NCBI GenBank assembly: GCA_002633005.1
Contig: NMRA01000034.1
Location: forward strand, 953,766 to 1,017,765
Direction of reading: 5' to 3'
Source: Phoronis australis
Taxonomy: Eukaryota; Animalia; Phoronida
DNA length: 64,000 nt
Shown: positions 25,401 to 38,284 of the stretch, piece after piece
Numbering within the stretch: position 1 is the first letter of the stretch
Layout of the letters: each line of letters starts with the position of its first letter
Program-made: the position numbers and the translations under genes
Notes under the pieces: model-generated
The model's input: only the letters and a program-made list of their open reading frames with translations
Told to the model about the DNA's origin: nothing
Databases searched by the model: none

Positions 25401-27896
25401 CCCTCAGAGATAGCGCTGTCATTGAGGGTATCGCCATTTGTGGTCAAAATTAAATATGGTGAACAAAGGGGAAGTGATAGACGTAAGTCATGGTTTGCGC
25501 AATTTCGTGCTGTGATTTGGTTAATTATGGGTAATTAACCTGCATACCCAAGCGGCAGATGTTAAGTCATCGGCTGATTACCTCCACACAAACCAACTCC
25601 ATGTTTTATTTATGGAGGCGTCTCGCCCTGGCGTCAGAGATGATGGTATTATCGCCAGCTTGGAATATCTTACGTTGTCATATGTTTGCTTTCCTAAGTA
25701 CAAGGCGGCTTAATTATACAGTCTGAGCGAGGTAATATTAATGATCTTAACATTTTCTATGGATTTAGGTGCATTGCATGAACGCAACTCAAAGCATGGT
25801 AATAGGTCAGACTTTCAAATGTCCTTTCCCATAAAAAATGTTCGGGTTTACTTTTTCGCACGTTCGTTTTCTGATGGTACCCGAACCTTGAACTGAGTTG
25901 CGCATGAACAGCTGATTACATAAAGATAGGCAGCTGACGCATCTGTCTTCGGGTACAAAAGTATTGTATAGTAGTAAACTGCATAAACGTTTCTCATCCA
26001 TTTGCATAATAATAATTATTATTTTAATTGCAACAATGACATGACGTCGTCAAGCACCAATTTGCCAATGTATTGATGCCATCAAGGCCCATCCTGCCAA
26101 CGACCAAAGGCTCTAAGTTACATAAACTTCTTTTTTTACAAACTTTAACAAAAGACGAAATGATTGTCGGTTGGCGGTTTCATTAGGATGAAAATGGGGC
26201 CCAGACAGAAGTGAGATGTTGGATTTCCCTGGAGAAAAGAAAGGGTCTTTAAAAAGCTATTATTTATTAGACCTATAAAGCGTCCACGCGAAATCAATAA
26301 GACTTATCCCTATACTAACATATTAGTGACTTGGAAAATAGTGAAGCGTCTACAGAACTCGACACCGGATTAGTTAACAACAGACTGAGACAGACAAACA
26401 ATTCAATATTTATAAACGAATTTGAGTGGCTATAACATAAAAGTCGTGAAATGTCAAACGAATTAACTTCCTAATACATGGTCGAAGATTCTGCATTCTC
26501 TGATTTATATCTCGACACAACACTCGGACGCTGGATATGGTAGTATTTTAGCTGACTTTTTGTTACGTAAACAGGACTGATTTGATAAATTAAATAATTT
26601 ACATTACATGGCATGAATGAAAGGTATCTACAACCTTCTGCCGACAATTTAAACTACATTCTGCAAGTCATTCCAAATTTCGTGGAACAGCTACACTGGG
26701 TCAAAATGTCCATCTTTTATCTAAGATGGAATAACGATGAACCGTATTGTTAAGCCAAACACTCTAAAACTCTATTCCGACCACAGATTTAGTAGAAAAC
26801 ATGAAGTGTTGATTTGCGGCACGATTTTGAAGCCATCGCACGCAAAATTAATGGAAACGTTCGGCTCCCGCCATTGTGTGAATCAGGAAGTCTCAAAGTA
26901 ATCGTCGTATTACCCAAATAGCGCACTATAACAGTTAAAATGTCAAACGTATTCTAGCATGGCCCTGGTTTTACTGACTTTAGTATAACAACCGAATAGG
27001 ACTTAGTGACAATGTTGAGGACTTAATTTTCAAACAGACGTTTTAGATTTGACGTTTTCAAAATTTTGAAATTTTACTTGCTTCTTGGCAATGACAAGTT
27101 CCAGTTGCAAATGGATTTGAAGAACCTTGGAAACATACTGATTGTAAGTCAAACTCACTCCGTTGCAACTCAGATTGTTTTTCTGCCTGCGAAAAGAAAG
27201 TTACTCGTAGTTGTAGAGTTTTTGTGTTCACATGTTTGCCGCGATTGGTTATGATTTGGACGCACTGTCCAATCAACGAGTAAGCAAGTAAATATTTTTT
27301 TGATATCCCATTATTTTCTGAACTAGTTCCCTGAATCGCGGTTGAAAATTTCACAGAAATCCGCTTGAAGTGCACAGATGTTTCATGATGCTAGTAAAAC
27401 CGATTTTTTGTTTGCAGAAAACAAAGACGCCGATGACGTGAGGTGGGGACCGAAAAAATCCCTGGTGACGCACCAGAGATATACGCAGGAAGATATGTGG
27501 TTTCGCGTAGCTGTAATTGTGGTACCGATTGCAGGCGGTTTTATTCTTGTTATACTCGTGCTTTGTGCTGTGCGCATGCTCAGAGGTGACCAAAGCAGAC
27601 GACACCACCAAAGACTTCTGGAACTGAGCAGACGACATCAAAGTTTCAAAAAAGCTCAGCTCTATGTTACTGACCACTTCACTCAAACAGAGAAGGATTT
27701 TTGCAAACTAAAAAACAAGTCGTGCGATAGGGAGAAACACAGTCGAAAAAACAACATTTATAAAGATATCACAATTAAAATAGATGGCGATCAGCGAAAA
27801 AAAAGTGTGGAGCAAGGGACTACTATGAATGGATGTACATCGGTATTAATATGGGGTGTGAACGACCTGAAAAGTGATGGTGTTTCTCCTGTTTAA
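10486..27896 (+). CDS. BAMBI: BMP and activin membrane-bound inhibitor homolog (kinase-less TGF-beta type I pseudoreceptor), 288 aa; exons join(10486..10561,24794..25105,27418..27896)
   Basis: Exon 1 encodes a signal peptide (MKRRRVDSPCLRASLLFVLFSVYVQG, donor G|GTAAGA). Exon 2 is the Cys-rich ectodomain (INCYCNEEPC...HGCLD...CCKDNMCNY). Exon 3 has the BAMBI-typical TM segment WFRVAVIVVPIAGGFILVILVLCAVRML and a short kinase-less tail containing LIWG. Both introns are phase 1, GT-AG; total 867 nt in frame. Exon 1 is the least certain part. Confidence 0.92.
14271..14445. repeat. Tandem duplication, unit of about 89 bp, 2 copies
   Basis: TTTATCCGTGCCGGTGACACC...CAACTTAACTGAAAAAAA occurs at 14271 and 14360, identical apart from poly-A length. 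Confidence 0.9.
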
Positions 27897-28671
27897 CTGT
27901 TCCATACTAGTTAATAATATAAGCAAATGCACTAAGCCACAAATGACGTGAAGACGTGTCAAAAGGATTCTATTCGTGGAATGAAAGAACAAAAGACGGA
28001 CAATGTTTTTGTTGTTCGCCTCATGGTAGGGTTTACGTAGCGCACTCTATCGAGTCATTTGATAAGGATGACCGATTGTTGCCTGCTAGCGAACGAGGAA
28101 CCTGCATTGTGACCTGGCGTTTGCTCAGGTCATTGTGCAAAAGGTGGCAGGACTAGTCTTGTGGGTTTTTGCATTTCCTCTTTGTAATGCATGCACTCTC
28201 TTTACTTAACTGTACTTGCATCGATTCCATTTGTCAAATGGACGTTCCGTAAGGCGCAGGTCACTCACGCACGAGACGTTTCGGGTGAGAAATTTGGGAA
28301 ATAATAAGCTTTCTGTGTGTTGACGTATCGTATAATCCGACCACTCCAAATTTTGGCGGTCCCGTCTAGTCATTTTCAGTGGCGGCCATTTTGCGTGCGC
28401 ACATTAACTACGAACTGAGGCTTCTATGCGAAATACCAGGGAGAGACAAGCGTAGTTGAACACACCATGTCTTGTTTGCTGACGTCACATGCCTATTCTA
28501 GTCATTTGTTTTATGTGAAACCTTAGTTTTGTTAATGAAATCATTATGGATTGGCTCTCTGGGGCATTTGTAGATGGACTGTGATTTTCTATGCGTTTTA
28601 AAGAACGAAATGTTGACATCTTGTCGTGAACAGTTGATGAGTGTTAATCTAGTTACCTCCTTTGCGAGTCT

Positions 28672-29042
28672 TGTACATAAATAAGCCTAAACAATCACAA
28701 CCAAGAAGTTATTTGAAAATTCGTGATTTTTACAGACTTTGACTTTTTCGCTTCAGTCATAATTCGTCATCGTCATCGTCACCATCAAAAACTGAGTTTA
28801 ACCGAAACTTCCTTTGGGAAGAGTAAACTCTTGTCACCGTCCAAGTTAATGCGTATCAATGAAAGCCGAGGACCGTGGAAGCAGTGAATATTTACACGCT
28901 ATCTAACTTCATTAATACAATATTTAATATGACGTTTTCATGAATTCAGTTGTTACATCTCATTCCTCATCAACCATTGTATTGCATCCTGTAACTATGC
29001 CAGATTTGTATTTTATGATGAATTTATTTATTTGTAAATAAA
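28672..29042 (+). promoter_or_regulatory. BAMBI 3' UTR elements and candidate polyadenylation signal
   Basis: Pumilio-type TGTACATA (28672) and TGTAAATA (29033), AU-rich ATTTATTTATTT (29022-29033), and AATAAA at 29037-29042. Confidence 0.4.
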
Positions 29043-30258
29043 CGGTTAAATGTTAGAAACGCAATTTTTTCATTCTGTTGGACAGACACTTTATCGATGG
29101 TTTCAATACGTCAACAATTATTACGTAACTGCAATTAAAACGAATGAAAACAGAAGGGATTATACAATAGCATCTGTTCAAAAATGCGTTTGCACAAAAT
29201 GTCACACAACTGTAGCATACACACTGAATATCCTTCACAAATATTTTTCGTTGAACATTCCTGTTAGCTTTTTGAAATTTTAAAATAGTCTATAAAAACC
29301 GAAGTTGTTTTGTCGTGATCATATAATTTATAGCTTTAATTTTAAAAGGGCACCAGGCGGTTGAATTTACGTGCCAGGATAAGTTAGCCAGTTGTTAACG
29401 TGTACGGGGTTTACTCGTTAGCGCGTAATTCTAGGTTTTTATGTATTGAATTACGCGTTGAAAAACTGATACTCGACCAACCCTTTATAGTATTCTGTAA
29501 ATATTTGCTGATTCAGTTGTGATTCATAAACTTCAGCACGTATCCGACGTTATACTACTGACGTGATTCAGGGATCATTTAAAAAACGCAGCTATTAGTC
29601 AGGGCCTCAAACATAAAAGCTAAATTAAATTTGGAGAACCAACTTTAGTATTTTTTGTCAATTCTCGATTCTATTTGTTAGATTTCGTGTGCTACCCCAG
29701 TAAGTCGATGATGAGAGATTAGTCTTAGCGGCTAACCATCAATCCACGGTTAGAATCTATTGTTTTCCTGCACAATGCACTGCTGAGTGCGATCGAAAGG
29801 GGTTACGTAACATTCTTTGTGCAACCTGTACATGTTTTGCACGGCCTCAAGGACATAATTCCCGCGTTCCGCCGCCGAAGAACTTAAGCCTACTTTCGTA
29901 CCGCAATTGGTTTCAAATCGTTCCTTCATCAGGGGAGAAGTAATTTTTGACCTTGCGAAGAGCTAATATTTCGTCTTTACTCGAGACCATGATCGGCGAG
30001 AGTAAAATGACGCGACGTGACAAGTCAACTTGAGAGCGTTGTCAAGCCTGGTTGACCACGGGCATTATTGTTTACACAATTTTGGCTAGTAGGTTCAGAC
30101 ATGATAGCGGAGTTGCAACCGAATCGATTTAACGATTGCGCATGTCCGGAAATTAGGGTGCGCAAAGGCTATTGGGATTGATTAGGGCATGTGGAATGGC
30201 CGATTGGTTTGCACGACGTGTGATTTGTGTGTTACTCTGCTTTATGTAATTCTGCTGC

Positions 30259-30335
30259 TATTCGCCCTAATAAGCGCCCATGCCCCAATAAGTGCCCCAA
30301 CGCGTTTTCAGACTTCGCTAAAGTAAGCGCCCAGC
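30259..30335. mobile_element. End fragment of a Tc1/mariner(pogo)-type MITE
   Basis: Repeated AATAAGCGCCC/AATAAGTGCCCC motifs follow TATTCGCCCT. Related motifs occur at about 6533-6620 and 62621-62641. Confidence 0.4.
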
Positions 30336-32054
30336 CCATGAACTACATGCGAAAAATGCCTTTCCTACAGTTCTAACGGGGGTCTCCAATTTATCAATTG
30401 AAAGATCCGACAGTCCTGAATTTGTAGACCACGAGCCTCACCGTTATGTCCGTATACACTTCAAACTACGCCGCCATTCAAAAAGAACGCAAAAGTTTTG
30501 CTGCTTTTGCGAGGGATGTGCCCCACTACGCGGGTCTGGACTTTGAAAAGAGACGCAGCGTACTTGTCAGCGGGATTGCATTGTTTCTTTCCGGTACAGA
30601 TCTTCTCCTACCTCAACAGGAATCTAAACTTCTTTGTACACGTGAAAACCGTGAATCGAAGACTAATAAAGAAACTCGACCAGTGTTAGCACGCGGCCAA
30701 GACTGAGCGCGCGCTGCATAATGTACCGGCTGTCATCGAAGACATTTAGTCGGAACTATCTATTGATGAAACGGGTTTTGCATTATTTAAAGAAAAAAAT
30801 TAACTAATCATCATTGATGTTTTTAAAGTAAAAATGACCCTCTGACAGTGAACACATTCGCACCCTTACACCCCGAATCTTCCGGAAAATAGCTGTTACA
30901 CTACGGTCACGCATCCACTCACCCGGCGACTCAATGAGTGACATATATCGGTCTTCTCGAACGTTTTTTAGCAGATGAGGCCAGCAAATGCTAAGCTAAA
31001 TATAAGAACACGCTCTGCTTGACTGCTTGAGTTAATTTCTTTGGATACAATGCACACCTAGATCATTACATCGCATTTACTCTGGCAAATGAACTCTGAT
31101 GACAAGCACACGCACGCTTACTCTCACACATAGGCATACAAACGTCACGTGACAACCAAAATGTGTGTTCCTCCAGAGATTTTTCTCGTGTTGCGGGCTA
31201 CAATCTAGCGCAGATTTGGACTTAATCTGCAGTTAATAAAGACTCCACAAGAACTTAAAAATCTTAGAGACGCTATTTGGAAAACTTGAGGAGGATTTCA
31301 GGTAATTTGTTGAGTCGAAGCTGTATTCTTATTCAAGAATCCAAGCCCTATCGACGATTGCGAGACCGGCAGCTACGCATTTGTCGGCGAGATTTCGCCC
31401 TGGGATTTCAGCACAATTTTCTGAAAAATGATCGTAATTTAACAATGAATTTTGATAGCAATGCACCACAATTTGGTAGAAAGTAAATAATGATATTCTG
31501 CACGCTTTATCTTTGCGCGTTAATGCATATAGTGTGCGTACGTTAAGCGAGTCGACCCAGAACAGGCATTATCCTCAAAACTGCTCATGTTGGCTTGGTT
31601 CTAGTCAAGCGAAAACAAGTTTTTTTTTTACTACCATCCGCCGTGGAGTATTTGTTTCTGTTTATTTCTATGGAAATATTGTTGGGCAGTTTCCAAGATA
31701 CGCTTTCTTGCCGCCCTCAAAATGAGCGCTGCATACTTTATGCTACGAAGTCGGAAAGAATTCACTAAGTCTGCCTTTGCTACCAGCTCTACCGATGTGT
31801 CTGACCCATGTTTAATAACGCAGTTCTTGATCCTTGGGAAACAGGTAGTAACCAATTTTTTATCTCGCTAACTGGAGGCACACAACACGTATGACCTCCC
31901 TGTGGCCGGCCCCCACGGTTGCCGACGTACTTGTTTACCGGCTTAACCACAATGCAACATTCTGACCCATGTCCAATATGGCGGCATTGCAACTAGGCAT
32001 TGACCCAGATATCACGATATAGCAAATAAAAGCATAGCGAAAACGTCGTGAACA

Positions 32055-35000
32055 ATGATTACATCGGATGAGATTGCTCGATTTGCGAACGATGGAGCTA
32101 TATTAATGAAAAACATTTTTAGCCCAAAATGGGTCCACATCGTTGAGGAAGGTATTCGAAAGGTACTCGAGGACCCAAGCAGGCTGAGTGAGTTCTTAGT
32201 TGCCAATGAGGGAACAGGAGCGTATTTCAATGACTTGGACAACTGGCGCCGGATTCAAGAATTCCAAGACTTTGTTCGTAATTCACCGGCAGCGGAACTT
32301 GTGGGCAAATTGATAGAAGCCAAGGTATGTTTCGATGTGGCAGGTAATCCATGCGAATCGGACCGCAAACCTAGTTTGTTAGTTCGAGAATATACTATAT
32401 TTACAATACGTTCTGACACTGCATCACGGGTACAATGTTAACGGATTTGCTGCCGTTTGGGCCCGAGGTATCTCGGTAAGTTAAGTCAAACTCAGACTCT
32501 AAAATTAACCAGTCATGCCCACATGAGTCGAATGCAAACTGATAAGAGTTCCGGCATGCCACCACAAAGTGGAGTTGAGTACAGAGATTAGACCACGAGT
32601 TCAGAACTCGGTATCCGACCTCGGGTATGTATTTGAATGGAGCACCCACCGGGTGTTCACTGACAATCAAACCCAGCGGCAGGCCTATACAGGTTGGACA
32701 CAGATCAGCCCCGGCGGCGCGATCCGCCGGACTCTCTCAGTATTCCTCCCCCCTTTCCTCGCCCTCCCTGCCTCANNNNNNNNNNNNNNNNNNNNNNNNN
32801 NNNNNNNNNNNNNNNNNNNNNNNNNNNNNNNNNNNNNNNNNNNNNNNNNNNNNNNCCTCTCTTCCTCCCCGTCTTCCTCTCTCCCCTCACCGACTCCTGG
32901 CCCCTCCCCAACCGAAAAGTTGTGAGTCATTTCATAAAGCCTCAAAAGCACTACTTACATATTACAACCGAAACTATGTTCAGTCTCAAATTTTTGACCT
33001 TCCACTTCACCGAATTTAGCCAATGAAGCTCATAAAAAGGTGCCAAATCAATGCAAAATTAAATTTTCAGCCCAAAACCATCACTTTGTCCCGGCTGCAA
33101 AAGTTGGACACCCAGATTCTGAAAGCAAATTTACTGCAGGTTCACAAATGTGATCCCAAAGTGCTGTCATCCAATCATATTTTTGATATTCTGTGTTGTT
33201 TGAGGGCTACCTAAAATGGCAGCAGATTCCTCAGTCACTGCATGCACTGTAATGCATCTGCTACAGGGAGCCGACACTTTGAAGAAAAGAAACTATAGTC
33301 GAGCACGCAAGCTCAAGCAGTTAGCGCAGTGTGGTTGAACTTAACCATTTGCAGCGCATCACGCAAAACTGCCGCCAAACCTGGCGTTTCCCTAGTCTTT
33401 GCGGGAGCCATGCTTACAGACGTAGCTTTCCTTATGCATATAATTTTGAGGGAGTGCTGCTGCGTCTTCAGTCTTTCTGTACAGTGCCACTTCAAAACCA
33501 CGGATGCTTATGCGTTGGAGAGAGAACCGGTACCTCTCACGAGACAGATGATTGATGGGATCTTCGCTATCCGCAGGTAAATGGATATGTCTCGCTGAAA
33601 TGGTGGAATGGATGATTTGGAATTCATAGGCATCGCAGCAGTGCTGACATGGATCAGGTGCGCATGTACATGTACGTTACAAGGGCGCCGAATAGCGTAC
33701 AGTGGCTGTTAAAAGGAACTCTCCAGTCCCATCTGTATCGGCAGATGAATGAGCTAAATGTTGGAAAGCCATATATAACCTTTAGAGACATATTAAACCT
33801 ACCGGTAGAGATATGTTATAGACAGAATTATTAGAAGTGGAGAAAACATCTGGGCTGGCCTTACTACAGCCATTGTAATAACATATGCAAGAAAACGAAC
33901 ATGAGCAATTTGCGAATTAAACTCTTCAAACACTGCAGCTCAAGATACTGTAGTAGACGAATATCTTCCCGAGAGGAAGGGCCGAATAGATCTGACAACG
34001 ATTTCAAAGCAACAACAAAGAGTGTTTAAGCATATTCCAGCGAACATAATTTTTCCCTGCCCTCACATTTGATGAATAAATTCGCTATTGTGTAGCGGAT
34101 CCTTTTCTGAGCTGTCCGCGCTGGTCTTCGGCTCCCGCGTATGCTCTAAATGTACCTTTACAGCAATGGTAGCCTGATTCGTTTTTACGAACATCTTACA
34201 AGTCAAGACCATCAATGCCTGCGGTTGTCGTCGACAGCTAGATCTCCCAAATTTTTTGGGTACACGTACATGATTGTAGATGTAATCTGCTCATTTCAGA
34301 AACTAACATTCTTTCATGAACACGTACTAATTAAGGAACCAGGGGCGCTGTCCGAGACGCCGTGGCACCAAGACCAGCCTTACTATCCAGTCGACGGCAA
34401 GGTAATAACGTTGGATTTGCTTAGTTTACGAATTTCTGCCCGTTAAACAATACATCTGTATTTTACACCCAGTTTTGTTATGTTTTTTTTTCTGCCAAAA
34501 CTTTTGAATAATATTTTCATTCGTTAATATGGACCAAACGCAAGACTGCTGCCAACTTTCACGTCACCGGAGATTTTCGCGAGATAACGCTTGTGGAACT
34601 GGTTGGGCGTTTCAGACGAGTATGTTCGCGATCTTTCCAGCGTATACTATCAATATGGCTAGACTGTCGAATTGTAGGAGAAAGTATTTGAAAACCTCAA
34701 ACTGAAATTAGTTTTGTAACAGAAAGTGGCCATTACCAAAAGTTAGTTTTTGGCTGAATACGGTTTTATGAACACCTTTAAGATTCCTGAAGTTCAGATG
34801 GATTTTGCAGGTCGTGTCAATATGGATGCCCGTCGATGCAGTTCCTATGGAAACAACCATTCAGTTCATTCGGGGCTCTCATCGATGGAGCTCGTGGTAC
34901 TTTCCTCGGAAGTTTGCAACCTCAAACAACTACCCCGTAGAAAACGACGATCTCCTGTCCCTCAAAAACTGGGAAACACTGCCGGACATTTCAAGCAAGC

Positions 35001-37659
35001 TTAACGATTATGAAGTGCTTCAGTGGTCAGTCGAGGTAAAAGAAAATGGGCTGAATTCCTGGGTGGGTTAGGTTTGCAAGTTGCAGACCTCACTGTATCT
35101 AGGGTACAAATTTGTTTCAAGCAGAAAACATAAAACTATAGAACAGTGTTTGGAAACGCAAAAATCACTAAAAAGCAAAGATTACGCACGTGTTCGCCGC
35201 CATGCGTGATAAACGAACACGAAATCACATTAGCTTTACTGGCGAGTGTGCTGCGTTTTACGGAACAGGTCCCAGTTTTTATCCCCCGCTGGACATCTTC
35301 GTTAGTCCGCAACTACCGTTCGGTATTTTCTAGTCTGGCAGCGGTGACTACATTAATTACTGAGATTGGAAAAGAAAATTCCGAAGGGAATTCTTTACAG
35401 TGTTTTGATTTTTCTGCTCAAGTGTCAGAAAAAGAAGCATTAACGTTTTGAAGAAGTTTTAAATAGTTATTTGGAGGGCACGACCAAATTTCTGACTAAA
35501 GTCTCAAGTCATTTTTCACGAAACAGTCCCCAGTAGGACCAAGACAACAAAAAACTAGGCTAAGAGAGACCCATCCTTGTTACAACAGGCGGTTCATCAT
35601 CAATATATCTCTACCTCTGTTTTGAACTTATGTTTCACAATTTTACGTACACTGAATTAACAAAAAAAAAAAAAACGCCAATGTCACTAAGGGTTTTCCA
35701 TATATGGCATAATTCTTCAATCTATGAATCCATTTTAGAAAAAAGAAGATGTAAAATAACAATTCCCATGACATGTACCAAATTTTCGGATTTTTTTAAG
35801 CATGGAACAAATATGAAAATATTGATTTCCAGACTAAACAAAGTAGAGTTCAATAACGCTAGAACCTCGTTAGAAAAGCAACACTTCGCAAGATTACGCG
35901 AGGTATTGTCATGTGTTTAAAATGAGAGCACGAGATTTTGGCTAGATTTTTCTCGTTGCGAGACAGATACTGAACTGAACCCAGATCACAGGGGCATCGT
36001 TTGCTAAAGGACAACTTTTGAACATTAACTGAGTGTTTCCTGACTTGCTAATCAGGACACAAAGAACATTTTGTGGAAATAAACTATGAAACAAAGTGAA
36101 AAATGCCTCAAGGTCACAAATATAAGAAGTTGGTAATACTCAATTGCAGGTGTCCCGCATTTTGAGAACCAGTTTTCCCCACTGAATAACGGGCATCAAA
36201 CTGGTTCTAAAATTGGGGACCCCTGTGACTATTGCCATTTGCCAAGAAGTCTTTATTTTATTGTAATCGTCGCTCGCACCAAGCCAGATACTGACTTAAA
36301 GCTCCATGCAGTGCCTTTTTGGGGTGGAACCAATACGTTCAATACGTTGAGTTAGCCGCGTTCCTAATTAATGATGAAACCATGGAGTTATTTGTTGCTT
36401 CAACGGTAACTCTCCGTCACCAACTTGATTTCTTTCAGTTTCAGTTGAAATTTCCGAGTTCAGCTTGACTGTACTGTTTCATTTTCTAAAAGCGGTACCT
36501 TTTATTTAAAGTTCAAGCTTGGACTTTAAAATAAACGGTACCAGTTTTAGAAAATAAAGCAGTTCTTGTGCTTTGCACTATTTTGACAGAAGCTTCTGTT
36601 TGTATACAAAATTGTACAAGAAATCTTTACTGCTCGTACAGTCCTTACTTCACTACGCTTACTTTTTCGTAAATAGACCTTCTGGCCGGTGTAGGGAATA
36701 CTTGACAATTCATTACTGTTTGAGACTAGATCTTAAAATTCATCTCAATCTCATTGTGTCTGGCTATGAGAAGAGACAACTTGTTAGTTTTGTTGCGAAG
36801 GAAATGACTTCAGGCTTATTTTTCAACCGTTAGTCTAAACTATCAATTACCAATACTATATCAACGTTGTATTGTTAGTTTGCTGTTTCTCCCGACAGCC
36901 TGGTGACTGTGTCGTATTCGACGGTCTTACTATCCACGGTGCCCCGGCCAATCACTTGCCTAAACCCCGACGAGTGTTCAGTACAAGATGGCTAGGTGCG
37001 TAAATCATCATACGAAGTTAGAGCTTAGTTAAGTCCACGCGAGAGTTTGTGAAGGTGTGCCTATATCCGCATTTAGGTGAACGCGCCTTTTGATGTAAAA
37101 CACTTGACAATCGTAAAACCAAGAACGTGAGTGAAGAACAGAATGATGCACGAACAATTGCACGTGCGTACGTTGTTGCAGGTAAGGAAAAATCTGTGTC
37201 CTTGAGAATAGAAAAGTGTTTGCAAGAAAAAAAATACAGTGGATTTTAGAGCCAAAATGGTCGGTCGAAGAATAGAGCAAGGTAAAAACGCGGACAAATC
37301 CAATCCAACATATAGAATCCAGAAAAGATAGGCTTACCATTTTCCTTGTATTCACCAGTAGCACCGCAGAATGAGTTTCAAGAGATCCCAGTCTCTAAAA
37401 TGGGGACGTATAAATAGCCTCATGTGTGCTTGTTGTTTAAATTAATGTTTTTAAAATAAAGTTTACTTAAAGTCAGGTTAAGGTATAATCTAGCTGAATG
37501 TTTTTAAACGGGTTTTCCGTTGCAGGAGATGATGCGGTCTACGCCCAACGTGCGTGGACCACTAGTCCTCCTGTTGTGGACGATTGGAAGCATCTGAACT
37601 TCGGAGATCATTTCAGCACATCTGGACACTTCCCTGTCGTGTGGCAGTCTTGTTTGTAG
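32055..37659 (+). CDS. Phytanoyl-CoA dioxygenase (PhyH) family Fe(II)/2-oxoglutarate dioxygenase, 275 aa; exons join(32055..32324,34300..34401,34811..35035,36899..36995,37526..37659)
   Basis: Five GT-AG exons in consistent phase (0,0,0,1), 828 nt. Motifs: N-terminal F..DGA(I)L(M)KNIF; FFHEHVLIKEPG..TPWHQD (HxD); SIWMPVD; FIRGSH; PGDCVVFDGLTIHG (distal His); RRVFSTRWLGDD (2OG-binding Arg). Confidence 0.9.
36147..36225. mobile_element. Small hairpin MITE (about 80 bp)
   Basis: CAGGTGTCCCGCATTTTGAGAACCAGTTT...AAACTGGTTCTAAAATTGGGGACCCCTG. A second partial copy lies at about 48589-48625 (CAGAGGTCCCGTATTTTGAGAACCAGTTTT). Confidence 0.55.
36473..36563. repeat. Imperfect 90-bp palindrome centred on AAGCTT
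   Basis: ATTTTCTAAAAGCGGTACC..TTTAAAGTTCAAG|CTTGGACTTTAAA..GGTACCAGTTTTAGAAAAT. Confidence 0.7.
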
Positions 37660-38172
37660 TTCAAACATTTCTATATGTTTGCGTCTAGAGCTGCGGCGAC
37701 TGGTCACATTTCAGGTGTATGATTCAAGTCACATACTGAGCCGTCGTTAAAAACATATTTTTGTTGGTATTTTAATACGGCGAATCAGCGTTCCAAATAT
37801 TTGCCTATCATATACTCTAGTAATGAGCGGAGGTCGTCAAGGCATCGCTGAAGATTGATTCTAGTTGGAAGTAGACTAACTACTTTATCTAATTATCCAT
37901 TTACATCACAACTTTAAATAAATTTTGCTTTGGATTACTTGTCCATTTTTTGTCTTTATCGATGTATCTAAGTATATGAATAACCTCAAGTTCACCCTTT
38001 TAAGTAAGAAAAAAGAACAAGGCCTAGTTATTCGTATTCATCAGGATTAATCATTTCTGACGCTTACATAACGTAGAAAATAAATCTGAAACTAAATAAG
38101 GCGATCCAGATCCTCCCAAGGATACTATTGTTTCATGAAATGAAGAATATAAATCGGTAAATAAAACAACAA

Positions 38173-38284
38173 GAATGGATCAACTGAAATTTGAAATTTT
38201 CGGAGGTAACAACTTCCTTTATCAACAAAAACAGATAAAGGAAGTTGTTACCTCCGAAAATTTCAAATTTCAGTTGATCCATTC
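38173..38284. repeat. Perfect hairpin, 51-bp arms and 10-nt loop (centre of a truncated foldback element)
   Basis: 38173-38223 is the exact reverse complement of 38234-38284. The right arm is cut by the single N at 38285. Confidence 0.9.
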
